Origin: Pseudomonadota bacterium
GTDB lineage: Bacteria; Desulfobacterota; Desulfovibrionia; Desulfovibrionales; Desulfovibrionaceae
Assembly: GCA_023460395.1 (NCBI GenBank)
Contig: JAEWQB010000002.1
Location: forward strand, 11,517-43,516
Direction of reading: 5' to 3'
Length of the DNA stretch: 32,000 nt
Shown: positions 20,484-29,374 of the stretch, in pieces
Layout: each line of letters starts with the position of its first letter
How positions within the stretch are numbered: position 1 is the stretch's first letter
Program-made: the position numbers and the translations under genes
The notes under the pieces: model-generated
What the model saw: the letters and a program-made list of their open reading frames with translations, nothing else
What the model was told of the DNA's origin: nothing
The model's database searches: none

Positions 20484-21017
20484 ATGGAACTACCCGCTCT
20501 TGCCAGTTTTCTGGTACCCGTTGATGGCAGCGAAGCATCTCGCCGTGCCAAGCGTTACGCCGTAGCGCTGGCGCGCCAGTGTGGCGCCCGCGTTATTCTT
20601 TTCCACGCCCAAGGTCAGGTGACTGGTCGCATTGGGGCCGAAGGCCGCCAGAAGGTTGTGGAAAAAGATTTCGCGCATATCGACAAAGTGTTCGGAATTT
20701 ATGAAGACGGCTTTAAAGACGCCGGAGTGGAATACGAAACACAGGTCGCACTCGGCGATCCGGCTGACGCCATTGTAAAGGCCGCCTGTGATAACAACTG
20801 CGGCATGATTATTATGGGCAGCAAGGGACAGACCGGCGTGCGCAAAGTGCTGGGTTCCGTTTCGGGCCGCGTAAGCGCCGCTAGCCCCATCCCCGTGCTT
20901 ATGGTGGGGGCGGAATGTGATTGCGCCAACTCCTGCGGCAAAGAGTGCCTGTGGAAATGTCGGTTTGAACCCGTTCCCAACTTGCAGGATCTTGGCTGCC
21001 GCCGTACGCACGCGTAG
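20484..21017 (+). CDS. Universal stress protein (UspA family) with Cys-rich C-terminal tail
   Basis: FLVPVDGSEASRRAKRYAVALARQCGARVILFHAQG...GDPADAIVKAACDNNCGMIIMGSKGQTGVRKVLGSVSGRVSAASPIPVLMV. AGGAGG upstream of ATG 20484; track start 20298 has a non-homologous leader. Confidence 0.9.
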   Translation: MELPALASFLVPVDGSEASRRAKRYAVALARQCGARVILFHAQGQVTGRIGAEGRQKVVEKDFAHIDKVFGIYEDGFKDAGVEYETQVALGDPADAIVKAACDNNCGMIIMGSKGQTGVRKVLGSVSGRVSAASPIPVLMVGAECDCANSCGKECLWKCRFEPVPNLQDLGCRRTHA

Positions 21018-21192
21018 CAGTCGCGGGCGGAAGGGTACTCCGCATGGGGGTGCCTGATTGATTTTCGGACTGGCGTGCGCGGGGAACTGCCCGGAATCTT
21101 TCGTGTGATCGCAAATGGTGTACGGCGGGGTGTGGCCCGGCGAAGGCCGTTGCGGTTGTTGTTTGGCAAATTGTGCACAGGAAGAATGCATG

Positions 21193-21236
21193 CCCGGCGT
21201 TTTAGGTGTATGAAACCTAATACGCCGGGTTTTTTG
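21193..21236 (+). terminator. Rho-independent terminator after the universal stress gene
   Basis: CCCGGCGTtTTAGGTgtatgaaACCTAAtACGCCGGGTTTTTTG: long stem followed by T6. Confidence 0.85.
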
Positions 21237-21398
21237 TTTGAGGTGCGAAATTGGGAACTGTGTATGGGCAATCTTGCGTGAATATGCAGTTTTCTGTGCG
21301 AAAAATAGGGAAACTGGGGATGGCTGTCACAAAGTTGACGAAAAAAGTGCGCCAGCGTATGGGCTGTTGCACCACAACACCACATAAGGAGACATTGC

Positions 21399-23198
21399 AT
21401 GCAGCCGGAAGTACCCTCCGTTAGTTCCCTTGATCCCAAACGCCACGCCGACTGGGAAATCGCACAAGATGCGGAAACCCGCATGAAAACCATCTATAAT
21501 CTGGCGGGAGAGATGGGACTGGAGGAGCGGGAGCTGCTTCCTTACGGGCATTATATGGGCAAAATAGACCATCGCGCCGTGCTGGAACGGCTGGCAGGAA
21601 GGCCCAACGGAAAATATGTGAATGTCACCGCCATCAGCCCCACACCGCTTGGCGAGGGGAAGTCTACCACAACCATTGGCTTGGTGCAGGGCTTGGGACG
21701 GCGGGGCAAAAAAGCTTCTGCCGCCATTCGTCAGCCTTCCGGTGGCCCTACCATGGGAGTGAAAGGCTCCGCCGCCGGAGGGGGCCTGTCGCAGTGCATC
21801 CCGCTTACGCCGTTTTCGCTCGGCTTCACTGGCGACATAAATGCCGTCATGAACGCGCACAATCTGGCTATGACAGCCCTCACCGCGCGTATGCAGCACG
21901 AGCGGAATTATGATGACGCCAAGCTGTTGCGTCTTTCCGGTATGCCACGGTTGAACGTGGACCCCACGCGGGTGGAGATGGGCTGGGTTATGGATTTTTG
22001 TGCGCAGGCGCTGCGAAATATCATCGTCGGCATTGATGGTGTAAACGGGGCGCGGGACGGGTATATGATGCGCTCCCGGTTTGATATCGCCGTTTCCTCG
22101 GAAGTTATGGCCATACTCGCGGTTGCGCGTGATCTGAAAGATTTGCGTAACCGTATGGGCAATATCATCATCGCTTACGATACTGCGGGAAAACCGCTCA
22201 CTACCCGCGATTTTGAGGTAGACGGTGCGATGACCGCATGGTTGGTGGATGCCGTGAACCCCAACCTTATCCAAACCGTGGAAGGGCAGCCTGTTCTCGT
22301 GCATGCTGGACCCTTTGCCAACATCGCGTTGGGGCAAAGCTCCATCATCGCGGATCAGGTGGGGCTGAAGCTTTCCGAGTATCACGTAACGGAGTCCGGC
22401 TTTGCCGCTGACATCGGGTATGAGAAATTTTGGAACCTCAAATGCCATTACAGCGGCATGACCCCGGACGCAGCTGTGGTGGTAGCCACGGTGCGCGCTC
22501 TGAAATGCCATGGCGGTGCCCCGATGCCCGTGCCGGGACGCAAACTGCCCGACGAATACGCTAGGGAAAATGTGGAATGGGTGGAAAAAGGCTGCGCTAA
22601 TCTATTACACCACATAAAGATTGTTAAACGCAGCGGCGTGTCGCCCGTGGTGTGCATTAACGCATTCGTTACAGATACGCCCAATGAAATAGCGAAAATA
22701 CGCTCGTTGTGCGAAAGCGCCGGTGCCAGAGTGGCAGTGTCGCACCATTGGGAGCGCGGTGGCGAGGGGGCACTGGAACTGGCGGACGCCGTAATGGACG
22801 CCTGCAACGACGAAAAACAGCTTAGCCCCCTGTATGACTGGTCGTTACCCTTGCGCCAGCGTATCGAAACGGTGGCGACAACCGTGTATGGTGCCGACGG
22901 CGTGGAATATTCTTTCAATGCGCGGGCACGGCTTGAAGCAATGGAAGGGGACGAGCGTTTTTCTCAGTTTGGCATCTGCATGGTAAAAACGCATCTCTCT
23001 CTTTCTGATGATCCCGCCCGCAAGGGTGTCCCTACCGGGTGGCGGCTGAAAGTGCGGGATGTGCTGACCTTTGGCGGAGCGGAACTGGTGGTGCCGGTGG
23101 CGGGAGACATCTCGCTTATGCCGGGCACAGGGTCCAACCCATCGTTCCGCCGGATAGATGTGGATACCGATACCGGCCGGGTGAAGGGGCTGTTTTAA
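21399..23198 (+). CDS. fhs: Formate--tetrahydrofolate ligase
   Basis: 599 aa; [79 protein letters not shown]. Confidence 0.96.
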   Translation: MQPEVPSVSSLDPKRHADWEIAQDAETRMKTIYNLAGEMGLEERELLPYGHYMGKIDHRAVLERLAGRPNGKYVNVTAISPTPLGEGKSTTTIGLVQGLGRRGKKASAAIRQPSGGPTMGVKGSAAGGGLSQCIPLTPFSLGFTGDINAVMNAHNLAMTALTARMQHERNYDDAKLLRLSGMPRLNVDPTRVEMGWVMDFCAQALRNIIVGIDGVNGARDGYMMRSRFDIAVSSEVMAILAVARDLKDLRNRMGNIIIAYDTAGKPLTTRDFEVDGAMTAWLVDAVNPNLIQTVEGQPVLVHAGPFANIALGQSSIIADQVGLKLSEYHVTESGFAADIGYEKFWNLKCHYSGMTPDAAVVVATVRALKCHGGAPMPVPGRKLPDEYARENVEWVEKGCANLLHHIKIVKRSGVSPVVCINAFVTDTPNEIAKIRSLCESAGARVAVSHHWERGGEGALELADAVMDACNDEKQLSPLYDWSLPLRQRIETVATTVYGADGVEYSFNARARLEAMEGDERFSQFGICMVKTHLSLSDDPARKGVPTGWRLKVRDVLTFGGAELVVPVAGDISLMPGTGSNPSFRRIDVDTDTGRVKGLF

Positions 23199-23375
23199 CC
23201 ACGCACCCCGGCAGTGGGGGCGCCGCACGCCAAAGGGCGCACTGCCGGAGACTGCTTGGTTTTGTGCGGTTTCCATACTCGCGGCGGGGCGTACCGGCTT
23301 TCCTATTGACACGAATGCGACGTCCGGGCAAAACCGGGCGCGGCACGACCTTTCATTTCAGCCACGGGAGGCGAC

Positions 23376-24293
23376 ATGAACGCGGAAATTATCAGCGGAA
23401 CCGCCATGCGTACCGCGATTCTTGAGGAGCTCGCCCAAGAAGTGGCGTCCATGCGGGAAAAATACGGTAAGGTTCCGGGATTAGTTACCATTTTGGTAGG
23501 AGAAAACCCGGCATCTGTCAGTTACGTCACCCTGAAAGTGAAAACCGCTTTGTCACTGGGATTTCATGAAGTGCAAGATTCCCAGCCGGAGTCTATTACC
23601 GAAGAAGCCCTGCTCGACCTGATTGATCAGTATAATCAGGATCCCGACATTCACGGCATTTTGGTGCAATTGCCGTTGCCCAAGCATATTAGCGAAGAAC
23701 GCGTTATCAATGCCATTGACCCGGATAAGGACGTGGATGGCTTCCACCCGGTTAATCTGGGGCGCATGGTCATCGGCGGTGAGCAGCAAGGATTTTTGCC
23801 CTGCACTCCTGCGGGCATTCAGGAGATGATCGTCCGCTCCGGCACGCCTACCAGCGGAGCCGAGGTGGTTGTCGTGGGGCGTTCCAACATTGTGGGCAAG
23901 CCTATTGCCGTCATGATGGGACAGAAGGGCCAAGGCGCAAATAGCACCGTGACCATGGTGCACACCGCCACCCGTAACCTTGCGGAGCATTGCCGCCGGG
24001 CGGACATTCTTATTGTCGCCGCCGGTGTGCCCGGTTTAGTGAAGCCGGAATGGATTAAGCCCGGCGCGACGGTTATTGACGTGGGCGTGAACCGCATCGG
24101 CACAAGCGCGTCTGGTAAGGCGCAGCTTTCCGGTGATGTGGATTTTGAAGCTGCCTGCAAGGTGGCGGGGAAAATTACCCCCGTTCCCGGCGGAGTGGGG
24201 CCAATGACCATTGCCATGTTGATGAAAAACACTGTGCGGGCCGCATGGCGGCAATTGGACCATGCCGAGGAACACGCCTTTCTTTGCCGTTAA
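23376..24293 (+). CDS. folD: Bifunctional methylenetetrahydrofolate dehydrogenase/cyclohydrolase
   Basis: LVTILVGENPASVSYVTLKVKTALSLGF...YNQDPDIHGILVQLPLPKHI...INAIDPDKDVDGFHPVNLGRMV...FLPCTPAGIQEMI...GRSNIVGKPIAVMM...KITPVPGGVGPMTIAMLMKNTV. Confidence 0.97.
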   Translation: MNAEIISGTAMRTAILEELAQEVASMREKYGKVPGLVTILVGENPASVSYVTLKVKTALSLGFHEVQDSQPESITEEALLDLIDQYNQDPDIHGILVQLPLPKHISEERVINAIDPDKDVDGFHPVNLGRMVIGGEQQGFLPCTPAGIQEMIVRSGTPTSGAEVVVVGRSNIVGKPIAVMMGQKGQGANSTVTMVHTATRNLAEHCRRADILIVAAGVPGLVKPEWIKPGATVIDVGVNRIGTSASGKAQLSGDVDFEAACKVAGKITPVPGGVGPMTIAMLMKNTVRAAWRQLDHAEEHAFLCR

Positions 24294-24337
24294 CAGGCGT
24301 TGGGTGTGCTTACCCGCATCGCGCGGAAATATTTGGA

Positions 24338-24382
24338 ATACGAGAACAGGCGTTGGAGCAATTCCAACGCCTGTTCTCGTAT
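24338..24382. repeat. 20-bp perfect inverted repeat (hairpin), 5-nt loop, between convergent folD and dtxR-like gene
   Basis: ATACGAGAACAGGCGTTGGA gcaat TCCAACGCCTGTTCTCGTAT; no T-tract on either side. Confidence 0.9.
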
Positions 24383-24455
24383 GTGCGGTGCACTGCGTGA
24401 TTCGCGCCTAGTTCGTGCCTGATTTGGGCGTGGTTTACGGATCTATACGTGCTTG

Positions 24456-24488
24456 TTCGCGATCTGTGCGAGATCTGCGCGAGATATG
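24456..24488. repeat. Three imperfect 11-bp tandem repeats
   Basis: TTCGCGATCTG / TGCGAGATCTG / CGCGAGATATG immediately downstream of the dtxR-like stop codon (24491). Confidence 0.75.
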
Positions 24489-24490
24489 GG

Positions 24491-25036
24491 TTATTTATAC
24501 GGATTAGCTGCGGTGTGTTCTGTTATGCGGTCGCGGCGGGCGGTTTCCTGCCTGAGCGGGTCGCCATGGGAGTGCTTGGAGGAAAGGTTTTCCTGCTTGT
24601 AAATTTCCTGCCACTTTTCCCAGAATTCGGGGCGGCTTTTTAAAAACAGAATAAACTGTCCCACGCGTTTTATCACGTCGGGCGGCACCACATGCTCAAG
24701 CATACAGGCCACTTCGTTAGCGCGTTCTTCGTGCACGTAAAGAATGTGCTGCAAAAGTTCTTGAAAGACGAGGTGGCGGTGTGCAATGTCACGCCCGATG
24801 ATAAGCCCTTCGTCCGTTAACCGGATGAGGCTGTAAGGGGAGTACTCAACCAGCCCCATAGATTTGAGAACCTTGAGGCTGCTTGTTACAGTAGATCGGG
24901 AAACGCCTGCCTCATCTGCAATGGCTCCTGCCCGGGCAGCGCCTTCATGCATTTCTAACTGGAAAATAATCTCCAAATAATTTTCCAGAACAGGGGTTAG
25001 CTCCCTGCCTCCGTACCGTTGTTGCGTATGTTCCAT
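24491..25036 (-). CDS. DtxR/MntR-like iron- or manganese-dependent transcriptional regulator
   Basis: LTPVLENYLEIIFQLEMHEGAARAGAIADEAGVSRSTVTSSLKVLKSMGLVEYSPYSLIRLTDEGLIIGRDIAHRHLVFQELLQHILYV...ANEVACMLEHVVPPDVIKRVGQFILFL. Start 25036 (MEHTQQR) inferred from family alignment. Confidence 0.87.
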   Translation of the reverse strand: MEHTQQRYGGRELTPVLENYLEIIFQLEMHEGAARAGAIADEAGVSRSTVTSSLKVLKSMGLVEYSPYSLIRLTDEGLIIGRDIAHRHLVFQELLQHILYVHEERANEVACMLEHVVPPDVIKRVGQFILFLKSRPEFWEKWQEIYKQENLSSKHSHGDPLRQETARRDRITEHTAANPYK

Positions 25037-26433
25037 CCGATTTTTCCCGTATATTTTTTGGGGGCTTTGCGTCCACGCATCCCAAATGAAAGCCAGCGTC
25101 GGCTGACGTACAGCCCTGTCAGTAGTCCGGCAAAAACAAGATCCGCGCAGAGCATGCTCAGGAACACCCCGTCCGCTCCCCAGCCAAGCACATGGGAAAG
25201 CAGGTAACCCAGTGGTACGAGCACACCCCATACATTACAGATATCGGCAATGAGCGCCAGCGGGGTGGCTCCCGCCCCAGAAAAAATACCGTGCAACGTC
25301 ATGCCGAATGCCAATGCAGGGACACCGATGCAGGAAAATAGCAAGTAGCGCGAGGCATGACTGACTATTTCTGTGCGGGGGGCCAATAACTCTGCGGCTT
25401 CACTTCGGAATATGTACAATGCAAATGCGGCACATGCAAATACCAAAGCATTGCAGGCCGCAGCTTTAAGTCCGAATGAAAACAGCGCGTCCTCTTCCCG
25501 TGCGCCGAGCATATGCCCGCTGAATATAGCCATGGTGAGGCTGGCGGCACCGAGTGGGAACAGAAGTACCGACGTTATCCGCATACCGAGTGTCATGCCC
25601 GCCATAATGTCTACGGCACCGGGAAGAGTGGTAACGAAGCCTATCATCATAATCCGCCCGCCGTGTTCCACGAGTCTTCCCATGGCGGAAGGAACGCCGA
25701 CTCTAAGTACGTAGGGAACGGCGCGGATATTCCAGCGCCATGGCGCAAAGGAATCGCGCCGAAGTATGCCGAACCGTCTGGCGGCCAGCAGGTTGCATGT
25801 CAGCCCCAGCAGGGTGGAACCAAACGTCGCCCACACAATACCCTCATATCCTAACCGGGGTAAGCCCCACCATCCGAGGCCGAAGCCGGTACTCCCAATG
25901 AAGTTGGTCGCCAATACGCAGAGGAAGGTGATGAAGGGGAGGCGGACGAGCTTGTACGCGCGGAAAATGGAATTCAGCAGAATAAGGGAATAGTAGAACG
26001 GTAAATTGAGGCAATATACAAGGACGAACGTGCGCACCACAGGGGTGAGTTCAGTTGGGACGCGTAATAACGAAAAAATCATGGGTAAAAGGGCCGTTCC
26101 CAGCAGTGCGGTGAGGGTTCCCGCGCTGAAGGCCAGGGAAAGGATAAGTCCGCCATATCTTCGCGCGCGCAGCGGCAGCCTTGCCCCCAACGCCTGACTG
26201 ACGGCGGAAAGGGCACCACTTCCGGCAATGGAAGTGATAAGCATAAGTAAGGTGAATACTTGGCTGACAATGCCCATGGATGCCACAACGGCGGCATCTA
26301 TGCGCCCCGCCACCCATAAGTCTGTCATAGATATGCCCAAATGGCACAGCATAAGACCCATTTGGGGGAGCGCTATGGCAGCCACTTCCTTAAAGCCGGG
26401 CACAGCGCCGGTTTTGTCGTTGTTTTTTCGCAT
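24997..26433 (-). CDS. MATE-family multidrug/toxin extrusion transporter
   Basis: VAAIALPQMGLMLCHLGISMTDLWVAGRIDAAVVASMGIVSQVFTLLM...FPLGAASLTMAIFSGHMLGAREED..., about 12 hydrophobic segments. Confidence 0.92.
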   Translation of the reverse strand: MRKNNDKTGAVPGFKEVAAIALPQMGLMLCHLGISMTDLWVAGRIDAAVVASMGIVSQVFTLLMLITSIAGSGALSAVSQALGARLPLRARRYGGLILSLAFSAGTLTALLGTALLPMIFSLLRVPTELTPVVRTFVLVYCLNLPFYYSLILLNSIFRAYKLVRLPFITFLCVLATNFIGSTGFGLGWWGLPRLGYEGIVWATFGSTLLGLTCNLLAARRFGILRRDSFAPWRWNIRAVPYVLRVGVPSAMGRLVEHGGRIMMIGFVTTLPGAVDIMAGMTLGMRITSVLLFPLGAASLTMAIFSGHMLGAREEDALFSFGLKAAACNALVFACAAFALYIFRSEAAELLAPRTEIVSHASRYLLFSCIGVPALAFGMTLHGIFSGAGATPLALIADICNVWGVLVPLGYLLSHVLGWGADGVFLSMLCADLVFAGLLTGLYVSRRWLSFGMRGRKAPKKYTGKIGWNIRNNGTEAGS

Positions 26434-26676
26434 AGAGTACTTCCTGTTGCGCGGGCAGCCTAAGGTATTAAATTTTGTTAGTCAAATAAAGTTAGATTTA
26501 TACAACTCGATGGGCGTATTTTGCCTTCCCGATGGCTGTCACAGGCTTCATCTTGTGATAGGATGTCCTATGCTCTCCCCTACGAATATGGGGCACGGCG
26601 GAGGAAAAGGATTTATGCCATGGCTGGTTAAGAGCGCGCTGGTGCCGTAGCAGCATGTAAAGAGGAGGCTCCTAGT

Positions 26677-27936
26677 ATGTCCATTCGCCTGATTGTGCTT
26701 TCCCTTACCAAAAAAATGTGGCCCATTGTTTCGGTATATGCATGCGTTGGGATGCTCAGTGCGCTTGTTGCCTTTTTGCTTAAGGACAGCATCCCCTTTG
26801 AGTTGAGCGTAATTGTAAATGCGGAGACGCTAAATAGTATTTTGACTATTTTGGCTTCAACCATGCTGGCGGTTACTACGTTTTCTCTTTCCACAATGGT
26901 ATCAGCATATGGAGCCGCAACGGCACACGCAACTCCGCGTGCGTCTTCTCTCATTACAGCGGACAGAACAACGCAAAACGCACTTAGTACATTTATGGGG
27001 GCGTTTATTTTTAGCTTGGTCGGCATTATTGCATTGAACATGGGATTGTATGAAGGCGGCGGAAGATTCCTGCTTCTCGTCCTTACGTTGGGGATCATTA
27101 CGCTCATCATTGTTATGCTCATTCGCTGGATCGAACGATTGACAAGCCTTGGTCGGGTGGGAGAGGTGAGCGCGCTTGTAGAGCGGGAGGCCGCGAAAGC
27201 GTTGGCACTCCGCGCCCGCAGACCAACATTGGGCTGCAACAGGTTGGGAAAACTACCGGAGAGATATGAGGAAAACCAATGCATTAATGCCGAGTCTACG
27301 GGATATGTACGGTTTTTTAATTCACACGCGCTGCATGTGTTGGCGGAAGAGGAAGATGTGCAGGTATATCTACTCGCCATGCCGGGAAAGTTTGTGAATG
27401 CTGGTGGTATGTTAGCAACGTCATCCGCGCCTTTGTCAGAGGCTGCGCGTGCTGCCATGCAGCGTTGTTTTTCCATAGGTGATCAACGGTCCTTTGAGCA
27501 GGATTCTCGTTTCGGAATCTGTGTGCTGGCGGAAATCGCCACCCGGGCCGTGTCCGCCGCTGTGAACGATAGCGGGACCGCAATTGATATCGTAGGCCGC
27601 TTAGGTCGGGTGTTAGGTGCTTACGTTGAGGAGCGTAACCAGCGAGATGAAGTGACGTTTGCCCGTTTTTGGGTTCCTGAACTTCGCGCCGAGGATTTGT
27701 TTCAAGACGCCTTTGCTGCGCTTATGCGCGACGCGGCGGGAATTTTTGAGGTGCAGAGCAGAATACAAAAAGTGTTGGGCGCATTGGCATCTAAGGGAGA
27801 AGATTTCCGGGAACAGGCCAGTGCCTATGCTGTCCTTGCGCTCAGTTATTCAGACGCGCATCTTTTTTTGCCGGAGGAAAAGCAAGCGCTTTGGGAAATA
27901 GCCGCGCCATTAGTGCAGAAGGTGTCGTCCCCATAG
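26677..27936 (+). CDS. DUF2254-family predicted membrane protein
   Basis: N-terminal TM region, then SFELSVIVNAETLNSILTILASTMLAVTTFSLSTMVSAYGAATAHATPRASSLITADRTTQNALSTFMGAFIFSLVGIIALNMG and a conserved soluble C-terminal part (GIC...RAVSAAVNDSGTAIDIVGRL); RBS AGAGGAGG. Confidence 0.85.
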   Translation: MSIRLIVLSLTKKMWPIVSVYACVGMLSALVAFLLKDSIPFELSVIVNAETLNSILTILASTMLAVTTFSLSTMVSAYGAATAHATPRASSLITADRTTQNALSTFMGAFIFSLVGIIALNMGLYEGGGRFLLLVLTLGIITLIIVMLIRWIERLTSLGRVGEVSALVEREAAKALALRARRPTLGCNRLGKLPERYEENQCINAESTGYVRFFNSHALHVLAEEEDVQVYLLAMPGKFVNAGGMLATSSAPLSEAARAAMQRCFSIGDQRSFEQDSRFGICVLAEIATRAVSAAVNDSGTAIDIVGRLGRVLGAYVEERNQRDEVTFARFWVPELRAEDLFQDAFAALMRDAAGIFEVQSRIQKVLGALASKGEDFREQASAYAVLALSYSDAHLFLPEEKQALWEIAAPLVQKVSSP

Positions 27937-27940
27937 TTGG

Positions 27941-27972
27941 ATAGGGGATGCCTCTTTCCCTATATTGTTTTT
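27941..27972 (+). terminator. Candidate rho-independent terminator after DUF2254 gene
   Basis: ATAGGGgatgcctctttCCCTATATTGTTTTT: 6-bp stem followed by a T-rich tail directly after stop codon. Confidence 0.6.
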
Positions 27973-28069
27973 GCGAGAAGGCTGGTGCTGCATAGTTGTC
28001 ACGGCGTAGATCCGGGGTCCCCCAGAGCGAGGGGGCTTGAATCTGCGACTCTCCGTTTACGCAGCAGAG

Positions 28070-28893
28070 CTTCTATTCCACGCCCCTGTGAGAGGGGCGA
28101 CACTGGCGCAGCCCTCATATCAATGCCCCGGTATTGTTTCAATCCACGCCCCTGTGTGAGGGGCGACTCAAGCTCCTCCCAGATTGCTGTGTATGTGTCT
28201 GTGTTTCAATCCACGCCCCTGTGTGAGGGGCGACTTGACAAGGCGGAAACCGGCGCGGAAAGCGGGCTGGTTTCAATCCACGCCCCTGTGTGAGGGGCGA
28301 CACAGGCCGATAATGAGGTCCGCGAAGTTGCCGTTTCAATCCACGCCCCTGTGTGAGGGGCGACAAGCGCCATGCAAAAAAACTGCGCACCATGGGTGTT
28401 TCAATCCACGCCCCTGTGTGAGGGGCGACGGCCAAACTGCAACCCGGTTGGCGCTTTCTTGAGTTTCAATCCACGCCCCTGTGTGAGGGGCGACTCCCGT
28501 CAAGTGTGTGCATTTCAGATGCTGCAAGGGTTTCAATCCACGCCCCTGTGTGAGGGGCGACTACCTCACAACCCCGGAGGATAACGCGCTGGTGGTTTCA
28601 ATCCACGCCCCTGTGTGAGGGGCGACCCTGCACTACTTGTCAAGAAGGCGAGAGCAGACAAGTTTCAATCCACGCCCCTGTGTGAGGGGCGACGCTCGGA
28701 GCCGTTCAACGTGATGGAGGTTCTGCCCGTTTCAATCCACGCCCCTGTGTGAGGGGCGACGTTTGTATATGCGTCTTTGATGGATTGTTTGATGTTTCAA
28801 TCCACGCCCCTGTGTGAGGGGCGACCTTTGCGGACGCCATATATGAGCGGTCCGTCTCGCAGTTTCAATCCACGCCCCTGTGTGAGGGGCGAC
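28070..28893 (-). CRISPR. Subtype I-C-like CRISPR array: 12 identical 32-nt repeats plus 1 degenerate trailer-end repeat, 12 spacers
   Basis: Repeat (plus) GTTTCAATCCACGCCCCTGTGTGAGGGGCGAC at 28136, 28203, 28270, 28333, 28398, 28463, 28530, 28595, 28662, 28729, 28794, 28862; degenerate copy at 28070-28101. Spacer lengths left to right: 34, 35, 35, 31, 33, 33, 35, 33, 35, 35, 33, 36. Orientation inferred from the ...GTGGATTGAAAC crRNA-sense end, the decayed left terminal repeat and cas genes on the minus strand. Confidence 0.98.
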
Positions 28894-29079
28894 CGTAGCG
28901 GTCCTGTAAACCCTTATGGGACAAGGCATGTATGAGCATACTTCGAGAACCAGTGTGATTTCAAGGATGATATTCTTGAAGATTTCGGGGGGCAAGGGTT
29001 ATCACACTGATAATAATGAATATATGTCTTTCGAGAACCTACAGGGGAAAGCATGTGCACTTAGGGTGCTCGCAGAGCT
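28894..29079 (-). promoter_or_regulatory. CRISPR leader region
   Basis: Non-coding interval between last identical repeat and cas2 stop, relatively AT-rich, with nested direct and inverted repeats. Confidence 0.75.
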
Positions 29080-29370
29080 TCAAAAAAGGAGAGGCCCTTG
29101 CGGGTTGAGCGCTGGTTTTGCGCCCACGTGCTCCACTCGCCGCTCCCAATTACTACCCAGAAAATAGAACCGCAGGCTGTCGCGCTCTTCGTTCATTTCT
29201 TTAAGCAAAGATGCGCGTAGCCTTGTCCACTGGGCTGGGTCTACGAGACATTCGAAAACGGAATACTGCACCCGTTGCCCAACATTTTGACAAAGTTTGG
29301 CAATACGGCGGAGTCTGCGGCTTCCGCCAGCATCTTCCGTGGAAACGTCGTAGCTGATTAGTACCATCAT
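29080..29370 (-). CDS. cas2: CRISPR-associated endonuclease Cas2 (I-C type)
   Basis: MMVLISYDVSTEDAGGSRRLRRIAKLCQNVGQRVQYSVFECLVDPAQWTRLRASLLKEMNEERDSLRFYFLGSNWERRVEHVG. Confidence 0.97.
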   Translation of the reverse strand: MMVLISYDVSTEDAGGSRRLRRIAKLCQNVGQRVQYSVFECLVDPAQWTRLRASLLKEMNEERDSLRFYFLGSNWERRVEHVGAKPALNPQGPLLF

Positions 29371-29374
29371 AGGG

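Noticed and set aside
21327-22511. 394-aa minus-strand ORF
   Set aside because: Antisense to fhs; low-complexity His/Gly/Arg composition typical of shadow ORFs.
28021-28069. Possible additional degenerate repeat ending in GCGAC at 28049, left of the array
   Set aside because: Only the final bases match and the gap to the next repeat would be about 20 nt, not spacer-sized.
28365-28397. Spacer with an A7 run, considered as a possible terminator-like or self-targeting element
   Set aside because: It is a normal 33-nt spacer by position; no matching sequence noticed elsewhere in the window by eye, and a full search was not possible.
27937-28995. ORFs across the CRISPR array with repeated motifs such as FNPRPCVRGD, GVAPHTGAWIET and RPSHRGVD
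   Set aside because: Periodic peptides are translations of the 32-nt CRISPR repeat, not a repeat protein.
28916-29167. 83-aa plus-strand ORF in the leader
   Set aside because: Overlaps the leader and cas2 antisense; composition and position do not support a gene.
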